Below are positions 56,580 to 64,000 of a DNA stretch of 64,000 nt, one piece after another. Position numbers and translations under genes: made by a program. Location of the stretch: assembly GCA_049522195.1 (NCBI GenBank), contig JBEKOB010000009.1, positions 1,953 through 65,952 of the forward strand, given 5' to 3'. Source of the stretch: Bacteroidota bacterium. Its GTDB lineage: Bacteria; Bacteroidota; Ignavibacteria; UBA10030. How positions within the stretch are numbered: position 1 is the first letter of the stretch; every line of letters starts with the position of its first letter. The notes beneath the pieces are model-generated. The model made no database searches and was not told the origin of the DNA. It saw only the letters and a program-made list of their open reading frames with translations.

Positions 56580-57404
56580 TTACGTCCTTTTCACCAATTC
56601 TTTCATGATCGCCGTCATCTTTGGTTCGGCTTTGTTTGCGACGGCAATGACCTCTTCAAGCGTGATCGGCTTCAACGTGTCGGGGAAACACTCGTCCGTG
56701 ATGATCGACACTCCGAAGACTTTCATCCCCATATGCACCGCAACGATGTTCTCAGGGACTGTCGACATTCCTACTGCGTCAGCACCGATGGTTCGCAGAA
56801 AACGATATTCCGCTCTTGTTTCGAGATTCGGCCCCTGCATCGCGACATACACTCCCTTTTGAACCTTGATGCCGAGCTCCCGGGCAATACTCTCAGCCAT
56901 TGTGATCAGTTCCTGACTGTACGGTTCCGACATATCAGGAAAGCGCGGACCGAGCGAGTCGTCATTCGGGCCGATCAGCGGATTATCGCCAAGCAGGTTG
57001 ATGTGATCGGACATCAGCATGACATCGCCGCGGGCATACGACTGGTTGAGAGCTCCTGCCGCATTGGAAATGAGGAGCGTTTCGACTCCAAGGAATTTCA
57101 TCACCCGGACGGGGAACGTGATCTGCTTCATCGCGTATCCCTCGTAATAGTGGAAGCGCCCCTGCATTACGACCACTTTCTTGCCGGCGAGGGTCCCGAA
57201 GATCAGCTTGCCGTGATGCGACTCTACCGTTGAGACAGGAAAATGCGGGATGTCGCCATAGTCGATGACGGTCTCTTTTTCAATTTCCTGGACGAGGGCT
57301 CCAAGACCGGTTCCCAGAATTATGCCGATGGTCGGGGTTGCCAAGGTCTTCGTCCGGATGAACCGGACCGTTGCGTCGATATATGTATGGAGCTCACTTG
57401 GCAT
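56580..57404 (-). CDS. punA: Purine-nucleoside phosphorylase (trimeric type)
   Basis: [38 protein letters not shown]. Confidence 0.93.
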   Translation of the reverse strand: MPSELHTYIDATVRFIRTKTLATPTIGIILGTGLGALVQEIEKETVIDYGDIPHFPVSTVESHHGKLIFGTLAGKKVVVMQGRFHYYEGYAMKQITFPVRVMKFLGVETLLISNAAGALNQSYARGDVMLMSDHINLLGDNPLIGPNDDSLGPRFPDMSEPYSQELITMAESIARELGIKVQKGVYVAMQGPNLETRAEYRFLRTIGADAVGMSTVPENIVAVHMGMKVFGVSIITDECFPDTLKPITLEEVIAVANKAEPKMTAIMKELVKRT

Positions 57405-57407
57405 CGG

Positions 57408-57935
57408 TCAGAGCTTCTTCAGAATTTCATCAATCTCAATATGATCTTTGCCAGTCCCCCTCGAGGAATCCTGGTGTGAAGGATCGTCATCAATTTCCAG
57501 CGCCTTGATAAGATCGATCTCCGACGTAAGGAGCACCTTCAGTCTGCTGAGGATACTTTCTTTGCGCGCCTTGAGGTTTGCGATCTCCTCCTTCATGCGG
57601 CCGAAATCCATCCTCGCCTTGTCCACAATCTGCGCCGCTTTGAGCTCGGATTCTTGGACAATCAGCGTGGCTTCCTTGCGCGAATTCTCTATCTCCTTGC
57701 CGCTTGTCTCCTGAGCCTGGAGAAGGGTCTGCTGCAGCGTCTTCTCCATGTTCTTATAGTCTTTGAGCTGCGTCTCCAGTTCGATCTGCTTGTCCTTCAG
57801 ATCCTTGTTTCGGGAGAGGACATCCTCGAGCTCATGCGAGAGCATATCCAGAAAGGTATCGACCTCCACGGGGTCATAGCCCCGCATCACTTTTTTGAAT
57901 TGCTGCCTTTTGATTTCAAGCGGTGTAATCTTCAT
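57408..57935 (-). CDS. divIVA: DivIVA domain protein
   Basis: ITPLEIKRQQFKKVMRGYDPVEVDTFL followed by a coiled coil. Confidence 0.9.
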   Translation of the reverse strand: MKITPLEIKRQQFKKVMRGYDPVEVDTFLDMLSHELEDVLSRNKDLKDKQIELETQLKDYKNMEKTLQQTLLQAQETSGKEIENSRKEATLIVQESELKAAQIVDKARMDFGRMKEEIANLKARKESILSRLKVLLTSEIDLIKALEIDDDPSHQDSSRGTGKDHIEIDEILKKL

Positions 57936-58121
57936 TCTCTCCACCTTTCATAGAGTGAGAGATGATGGGGTTCTTTCTCCAGAACATCGTGACAAAAGAG
58001 CGAACCACCACGTGCGCCAAAAAGACTACTGGGTTATTGTCCCTGGACTATCAAACTCAATCAATCCTGGCGGATGTGACCATTGATTGACCTGCAGTAA
58101 CCGTCCGTCGTCGGCATATTC

Positions 58122-58817
58122 TCAGACCGTATACGTGCGCTCCCCAAAAATCGCCGTCCCAATCCGCACAATCGTCGATCCCTCTTCTATAGCAACCTCG
58201 AAATCGTGGGTCATTCCCATCGAGAGATGTCGCATCGAAACATTCTCGATTCCTTCACGCACGATCTTATCTCTGAGTGCAACTAATTGCTGAAACGAAG
58301 GGCGGGAATCGTTGGGGTCGTCGGAAAATGGCCCCATCGTCATCAATCCCTGCACTCTGACCCGGTTGAATTTCGCGATTCGCTTCACCAGATCCAGTGT
58401 CCCCTCAGGCGGAATGCCGTACTTGGTTGCCTCGTCGGTGGTGTGAACCTCGATGAGAATATCGAGAGAGCGTCCCATTCTCTCCCCTCTCTTCTGAAGC
58501 TCATCGGCCAGGCGATCGTTATCCACCGAGTGGATAAGGTAAACGTGCTCCGCTATGTATTTGACTTTGTTGCTTTGGAGATGGCCGATAAAATGCCACC
58601 GGACACGCTCATCGCTGATCTGGGAGCGTTTTTCAAGAAATTCCTGAGCATAATTCTCGCCGAAGTCAAAGAGCTCCGCATCGATGGCATCGCGGATGCT
58701 GTCAATCCCAAAAGTCTTCGAAACGCCCAGCAGAAGAACGTCTTCGGGATTGCGTCCGCAACGGGAACAGACCTCCCGGATGCGTTTCCTTACGATTTCT
58801 ACGTTCTCCTTTACCAT
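58122..58817 (-). CDS. yggS: Pyridoxal phosphate homeostasis protein (YggS)
   Basis: VSKT, FGENYAQE, WHFIGHLQSNK, LSMGMTHD, VRIGTAIFG. Confidence 0.96.
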   Translation of the reverse strand: MVKENVEIVRKRIREVCSRCGRNPEDVLLLGVSKTFGIDSIRDAIDAELFDFGENYAQEFLEKRSQISDERVRWHFIGHLQSNKVKYIAEHVYLIHSVDNDRLADELQKRGERMGRSLDILIEVHTTDEATKYGIPPEGTLDLVKRIAKFNRVRVQGLMTMGPFSDDPNDSRPSFQQLVALRDKIVREGIENVSMRHLSMGMTHDFEVAIEEGSTIVRIGTAIFGERTYTV

Positions 58818-58838
58818 TTTACCACTTTTGAGGAATCA

Positions 58839-58867
58839 AATATACCCCAAGAACGTACGAAAATCAA
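58839..58867 (-). promoter_or_regulatory. Candidate sigma70 promoter of the yggS string
   Basis: TTGATT-N17-TATATT. Confidence 0.55.
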
Positions 58868-59010
58868 TCAGAAAAAGCTTGTCAGGGCTGTCTTAAACGA
58901 ATTGCCAAGCGCTCTCAAGTCGGTGTTCTTGACTGCCACTCCAAATTTCGCTTAATTGATTGGAGTACATCATTTCCAACCAGCAACAATCGGCAAGAGG
59001 CGCTCCAGGT

Positions 59011-60429
59011 ATGTCAGGGCTCGACAACTTTGATGATGATGAGCACCTCCCTCGGCCCAACGACCGTTCGGACGATGATCTTCGTCGTTTTCGTGAGCAG
59101 CTGAGAAACGGCGAGAAGGACATCAACAACACCGAGGCCCTTGAGGAGATCATCCAGTTCTACTTCGAACACGGCCAGTTCGAGGAGGCCCTGCACTTTG
59201 TCGACCGGTTGCTCTCTTTTGAGCCATTCAGCAGCGACGCCTGGCAGCGGAAAGGGATGATCCTCAACAACCTATACCGCTATGATGAGGCCCTCACCTG
59301 CTACGATAAGGCACTCCAGCTCAATCCAACAGATCCCGAAGTCTTTGTGAACCGGGGTATCACACTCGATAACCTCAACAGGGTGGATGAGGCACTCCAG
59401 TCCTTCAACTCTTCTCTTGAACTCGAGCCCCTCTATGAGGACGCCCTTTTCCATAAGGGGGTGACGCTCGAAAAGCAGGAGAAATTCGACGAGGCGGTCG
59501 CCATCTTTCGTCTCATGCTCGACATGAACTCAGAGCACCCGGACGCCTGGTATGAGCTTGGATATTGCTACGATTTCCTCGAGAAACTCGAGGAATCGGC
59601 CAAATGCTATGACGAGCATCTCAACAGGGACCCGTACAATTTCAACGCCTGGTACAACAGAGGAATTGTTCTGAACCGGCTGGGTCAATATACCAAGTCG
59701 ATCGAGAGTTATGAGATGGCATTGGCGATCAAGGAGGATTTCCCTTCGGCGTGGTATAACAAGGGGAATGCATATGCAAATCTGGGAAGGCTCTACGACG
59801 CTATCGACTGCTTCAAGCTAACGTTGAAATTTGAGCCGGGGGATGTTCCCGCCTGGCACAATCTGGGCAATGCCTACGAAGAGCTGGGACTCTATAAAGA
59901 AGCGATTGCTGCCTTTTCGAACGCCCTCAAGTATGATGAGAACCACTACGAATCGTATTTCGGCAGAGGCAGCTGCTATGACGCTCTGGAGCAGCCGAAG
60001 AAGGCGTTAATTGAATACAAGAAGGCCATCAGCATCAATCCGGAATATGCAGAGCTCTGGCACGCAAAGGCAGATGCCGAATACAATCTGGGCAGGATCG
60101 AGGAATGTCTCGAGAGCTACCGGATGGTGCTGAAGCTGGATGCGTCGAACTCCGAGGCGTGGTTTGACTACGGGGATACTCTTTATGAGACGGGTAAGAT
60201 AATTGATTCAACAGAAGCTCTGAAGAAGTGCGTAAAGTTAACTCCTCAGTACGCTCCGGCACATTACACGCTTGCCAAGATTCATATCCTGTTGCACGAG
60301 CACAAGGCCGCGGTCGAGTCCCTCTCGCTCGCGTTCTCGCTTGAACCGGAGCTGATGAAACAGTTCAAGAAGGACTATCCGGATCTGAAGTCCCATCGCG
60401 ATTTCGCTCCCCTGTTGAAGAAGCAATAA
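59011..60429 (+). CDS. Tetratricopeptide repeat protein
   Basis: More than 10 TPRs (AWYNRG, AWYNKGNAY, AWHNLGNAY). Confidence 0.92.
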   Translation: MSGLDNFDDDEHLPRPNDRSDDDLRRFREQLRNGEKDINNTEALEEIIQFYFEHGQFEEALHFVDRLLSFEPFSSDAWQRKGMILNNLYRYDEALTCYDKALQLNPTDPEVFVNRGITLDNLNRVDEALQSFNSSLELEPLYEDALFHKGVTLEKQEKFDEAVAIFRLMLDMNSEHPDAWYELGYCYDFLEKLEESAKCYDEHLNRDPYNFNAWYNRGIVLNRLGQYTKSIESYEMALAIKEDFPSAWYNKGNAYANLGRLYDAIDCFKLTLKFEPGDVPAWHNLGNAYEELGLYKEAIAAFSNALKYDENHYESYFGRGSCYDALEQPKKALIEYKKAISINPEYAELWHAKADAEYNLGRIEECLESYRMVLKLDASNSEAWFDYGDTLYETGKIIDSTEALKKCVKLTPQYAPAHYTLAKIHILLHEHKAAVESLSLAFSLEPELMKQFKKDYPDLKSHRDFAPLLKKQ

Positions 60430-60432
60430 CCC

Positions 60433-60545
60433 TTCGTTATTCGAAATTCGATATTCGTCATTGGATATTGCCGGGAACTTCCGGCTCTTTCGAATTGAAT
60501 ATCCGAGACCGGGCCACGAATATCGAGCAGAGAATAGTAGAGGAT
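60433..60545. repeat. Inverted pair of heptamer tracts (TTCGATA type)
   Basis: TTCGTTA TTCGAAA TTCGATA TTCGTCA TTGGATA, then GAATATC...GAATATC GAGCAGA GAATAGT. Confidence 0.7.
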
Positions 60546-60602
60546 GAGCAGAGTTCCAAATGTCGTGAGAGGCAAAACTCTTCACGAGCACGAGGTTATG
60601 AA

Positions 60603-61469
60603 ATGAAGCTTCTTGGCGTCATAGGTCATCCGATTGCACACTCGCTTTCTCCGCTGCTGCACAACACCGCGTTTTCTCTGCTTGGGTTGGATTGCAGGTA
60701 TGAGGCATTTGACGTTGAGCCCTCCTCTCTTGGCACGGCGATCCGAGACTTTAAGGCGAAGGGATTCCTCGGATTGAACGTCACCATTCCGCACAAGGAG
60801 GCAATCGTCGAATTCGTCGATGAACAATCCGATGAGTCGAAAGCAATCGGAGCAGTCAACACGTTGATCTTCGACCGCGATCGAATCCATGGCGACAACA
60901 CCGACGTGTACGGCGTCGCAGCTTCGCTTGAAGAGTATCGACCCCGGATTCAAAAACAGCTTGCAGTGGTGATCGGCGCCGGCGGATCGGCGAGAGCGAT
61001 CATCTATGCACTTTGCAGCCGGTTTGCTCCTGCCGAAATTGTCATCGCGAATCGGGGCGAAGAGCGCGCGAAGGAGTTGATCTCAGAACTGAAGCCACAC
61101 GCGAAGCAAACGACGCTTCGGTCGGTTTCCTTAGCCGGTGGAGATTTCGACGCCCTCTTGCCGAAAGCAGCATTAGTGGTCAATGCTACGTCAGTAGGTA
61201 TGTTTCCGGCTGTCGATCAGTCGCCAGTCGGCGAACAGGCGAGTTTTCACTCAGATCAGATTGTGATGGACCTGATCTATACGCCACTTGAGACCAGGTT
61301 CCTGACCCAGGCTTCACGGTGCGGCGCGAGAACCATTAGAGGCCTGGAGATGTTCTTACACCAGGGAGCGCGATCATTCGAGATTTGGCTTGGCCGCCAA
61401 TTACCACTTGAGCAACTGAGGCCGGTGATCGTCAACGAATTGAAATCCAGACACACAACAGCGAAATAG
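60603..61469 (+). CDS. aroE: Shikimate dehydrogenase
   Basis: HSLSP, NVTIPHK, GAVNT, NTD, GAGGSARA, NATSVGM, DLIYTP. Confidence 0.96.
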   Translation: MKLLGVIGHPIAHSLSPLLHNTAFSLLGLDCRYEAFDVEPSSLGTAIRDFKAKGFLGLNVTIPHKEAIVEFVDEQSDESKAIGAVNTLIFDRDRIHGDNTDVYGVAASLEEYRPRIQKQLAVVIGAGGSARAIIYALCSRFAPAEIVIANRGEERAKELISELKPHAKQTTLRSVSLAGGDFDALLPKAALVVNATSVGMFPAVDQSPVGEQASFHSDQIVMDLIYTPLETRFLTQASRCGARTIRGLEMFLHQGARSFEIWLGRQLPLEQLRPVIVNELKSRHTTAK

Positions 61470-61474
61470 CATCC

Positions 61475-62326
61475 ATGCCCGATCAAACGCTGCAGAGAAA
61501 ACACGAAGACCTTAAGAACATCTTGCTTGAAATGGGAAGCGTCGCTATCGGCTTCTCAGGCGGGATCGACAGCACGCTCCTGATTCGAGTAGCAACCGAC
61601 GTGCTCGGAAATAGCGCGCTTGCCGTTATCGGCAGGTCGGAGACCTACCCGACCCGTGAGTTCGAGGAGGCGATTCAGCTTGCAGTGTCATTCGGCTCTC
61701 GATATCGGATAGTAAACACAGAGGAAACAGATAATCTAAAGTTCAGGGAGAACCCGCCTGATCGATGTTATTTCTGCAAAACGGAGCTGTTTGGTAAGCT
61801 GAACGTCATTGCTGAAGAAGAGGGAATCCGGTGGGTCGCCGACGGAACGATCGTGGATGATCTGGGAGATTTTCGCCCCGGCATGCGCGCGAAGAGCGAG
61901 CAAAACGTCCGGTCGCCACTCCTCGAAGCGGGCTTCACCAAAGCAGATGTGCGGACCTTGTCACGTGAGCTGGGAATCCCGACGTGGGACAAGCCGTCGT
62001 TTGCGTGCCTCTCGTCGAGATTTCCCTACGGCCACGGCATCACCAAGGAGAACCTCATGAAAGTAGATGCGGCGGAGACGTTTATGCGCGATCTGGGCTT
62101 CAGGTTCTTCCGTGTCAGGCATCATGACGACAAGACAGCCAGACTTGAGATAGGTCCCCAGGAATTTGATCGGATGTTTGACAGTGCCCTTCGCGAGAAG
62201 ATCGTCGATCATTTCAAGACTCTTGGTTTCGCGTACGTCACGCTCGACCTTCAAGGTTATCGGACGGGGAGCATGAATGAAGTATTGACAGAGGATGAGA
62301 AGAAGGAATATTTGGGAAGCAAGTAG
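61475..62326 (+). CDS. larE: ATP-dependent sulfur transferase LarE (TIGR00268-like)
   Basis: FSGGIDS PP-loop, NPPDRCYFCK, RPGMRA, ACLSSRFPYG, RVRHH, GYRTGSMN. Confidence 0.92.
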   Translation: MPDQTLQRKHEDLKNILLEMGSVAIGFSGGIDSTLLIRVATDVLGNSALAVIGRSETYPTREFEEAIQLAVSFGSRYRIVNTEETDNLKFRENPPDRCYFCKTELFGKLNVIAEEEGIRWVADGTIVDDLGDFRPGMRAKSEQNVRSPLLEAGFTKADVRTLSRELGIPTWDKPSFACLSSRFPYGHGITKENLMKVDAAETFMRDLGFRFFRVRHHDDKTARLEIGPQEFDRMFDSALREKIVDHFKTLGFAYVTLDLQGYRTGSMNEVLTEDEKKEYLGSK

Positions 62327-62364
62327 TGGAGTATGTGAGTAGATGAGTAGTGGAGTAGGTGTAG
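62323..62364. repeat. One-sided 8-bp tandem tract
   Basis: GTAGTGGA GTATGTGA GTAGATGA GTAGTGGA GTAGGTGT. Confidence 0.7.
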
Positions 62365-62371
62365 AAAAACG

Positions 62372-62447
62372 AGATCCTTCCCTGTGACATGATTGGCCCC
62401 CACCACAGTTTTGGCGGACCCAATGAACGACACACAGGGAAGGATCT
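62372..62447. terminator. Long hairpin between convergent larE and S41 genes
   Basis: Perfect 15-bp IR AGATCCTTCCCTGTG / CACAGGGAAGGATCT with inner ATTGG/CCAAT. Confidence 0.55.
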
Positions 62448-62507
62448 TTGCGTTTTGTGATCTCATCCGAGCTTCCGACTGGCACCCGGGCGAGACGAAG
62501 GCGATTC

Positions 62508-64000
62508 TTACTTCTTCATAAGCTCCTGAACAGCTGCTTCAATTTGTTGATCGCGCCCCGCTGTCATAATCGCAGGCTCGTTGCGAATCTTGATGTCGGG
62601 TTCTAGCTGGTTGTTTTCGCAGAACTTTCCGTCCGGTGTCCGCCACCCTCCCATCGGGACGCCAAACCTCAATGATGGGTCGATCTGATTTTCCCACCAA
62701 ACAAATGTTCCCGTGCCGGGCACAGGCATACCGAGTGTCTTGCCCACGCCTTTCAATTTGTATGCAACCGGGAAGAGATGCGCGTCTGAATAGTTGCTTT
62801 CGCCGATCAGGACAATGGAAGCCTTTGTCCACTTGTCTAATGGTTCAGAGCCGACATATTGTCCATGCGGGATAATGTCGAAGTACTTTTTCCCGCTCAG
62901 GAAATCGGACAATTGTTCGTGGATGCCGCCGCCACCATTGAAACGCGTGTCCACTATGATAGCCTTCTTGCCGATGTTGCGGCCCAGTGCTTCCTCAAAG
63001 ACCGTTCGCATGCTTTGGTCGTTCATTGCACGGACGTGGACGTAGCCAATCTCGCCTTTTGACAGCTTCTCCACTTCTTCGCGGCGGTTCTTCACCCAGC
63101 GCCTGTACAGCAATTCATTCTCTTCGCCGCCTGAAATCGGTTTCACCGTTTCATCCCATCGCTTGTCAGTCGAAGGATCGTACACCGAAAGAAGTGTCAA
63201 CTTGCCCACCTTGCGGTTCAGCAGCTGATAGAAATCCAACGAGGGCGTGAGCTGCTGGCCATCAATCGACTCAATAATATTCCCAGCGAGTATCTTGGAT
63301 GACGCCTTATCCAGAGGTCCTCCCTCAACGACTTCCGCGATACGAACGCCGTTGCCGGTGTAACTGAAGTCGTACAGAAGGCCGAGTTCTGCAGTCTGGT
63401 CAGAGTTTGGGCGGTCGCTCCGATAGTAGCATCCGGTGTGGGATGCGTTGACCTCACCCAGCATCTCGCTCAGCATCTCCGCAAAATCATAGTTGTTGTT
63501 TACGAAAGGGAGAAATTTCTTATAGATCTTGAAGTAACCGTCCCAATCCACTCCCTGCAGATCAACCACGTAAAACTTTTCTTTGAATTGTCGCCAGGCG
63601 TGATCGAAGATGTATTCCCTTTCATCCGCTTGCTTCAACACCATTTCTCCCCCCGTTTTCACAGCTTCGGACTTGCCGCTCTCAGCATCCACTTTCATAG
63701 GCTTTCCATCCACGAGAAGGAAAATGAACTTGCCGTCAGAAGAGAGCTCCATTTGAGCATTCTGAGCACCGAGTTTGGCGAAAATCTTCGTTTCTTTCGT
63801 GCGCAATTCCGTCACCCAGAGATCGTTCCCCTTGTCGAAGCTCGTAAGGTAAAAGAGCTTCTCACCATCCTTCGAAAGGATCCAATCGCTCGCCGGCGAA
63901 GTGTGCGTTGTCAGCCTGGTCTTGCGCTCCGTAAGATTGTTCCAATCGATCACAGTTTCTTTTTTTGTAGAGTCTTTCTCGGACTTGGCCGCGGCAGCGT
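62508..64000 (-). CDS. S41 family (tricorn-like) peptidase, 3' part only
   Basis: Frame open to the window end; GEVNASHTG, PDZ-like region, IGYVHV, DTRFNGGG, SNYSDAH, EPDI. Confidence 0.92.
   Translation of the reverse strand, partial: AAAAKSEKDSTKKETVIDWNNLTERKTRLTTHTSPASDWILSKDGEKLFYLTSFDKGNDLWVTELRTKETKIFAKLGAQNAQMELSSDGKFIFLLVDGKPMKVDAESGKSEAVKTGGEMVLKQADEREYIFDHAWRQFKEKFYVVDLQGVDWDGYFKIYKKFLPFVNNNYDFAEMLSEMLGEVNASHTGCYYRSDRPNSDQTAELGLLYDFSYTGNGVRIAEVVEGGPLDKASSKILAGNIIESIDGQQLTPSLDFYQLLNRKVGKLTLLSVYDPSTDKRWDETVKPISGGEENELLYRRWVKNRREEVEKLSKGEIGYVHVRAMNDQSMRTVFEEALGRNIGKKAIIVDTRFNGGGGIHEQLSDFLSGKKYFDIIPHGQYVGSEPLDKWTKASIVLIGESNYSDAHLFPVAYKLKGVGKTLGMPVPGTGTFVWWENQIDPSLRFGVPMGGWRTPDGKFCENNQLEPDIKIRNEPAIMTAGRDQQIEAAVQELMKK

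Noticed and set aside
57945-58121. Small yggT/sepF gene between yggS and divIVA
   Set aside because: No convincing minus-strand ORF was found by manual reading.

Overview
A gene-dense bacterial chromosome segment, mostly encoded on the minus strand. It holds about 58 CDSs (two cut by the window edges), tRNA-Ala(CGC) and the SRP RNA. The gene content (LolA, outer-membrane proteins, type-2 IleRS, the yggS-divIVA-PNP-ileS-dksA-lspA-rluD string, Shine-Dalgarno use, sigma70-like promoters) suggests a diderm of the FCB group, probably Ignavibacteria-like; this is inference, not a classification. Most of the window is housekeeping. No integrase, transposase, prophage, CRISPR array or rRNA was seen. 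Five things stand out. (1) A co-oriented peptide-utilisation block at about 4.3-17.4 kb pairs an OPT transporter with a stand-alone PqqD/RRE-like protein, and PepD with an MFSD1-like transporter, plus PRODH, other peptidases and SpmAB with an outer-membrane protein. (2) About 11 intergenic tracts of degenerate 7/8-bp tandem repeats occur, mostly as inverted pairs; one pair brackets a four-helix-bundle gene and the others carry no cargo. (3) A small coiled-coil lipoprotein and a coiled-coil LysM protein share an in-register ADKxAxLxxCxxD motif, suggesting a two-part OM-peptidoglycan tether. (4) A DNA methyltransferase with a putative nuclease lies on the opposite strand. (5) There is a receiver gene without a canonical start codon and an IleRS2 with a GIHH signature. 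All assignments come from motif recognition by eye; no database searches were run.
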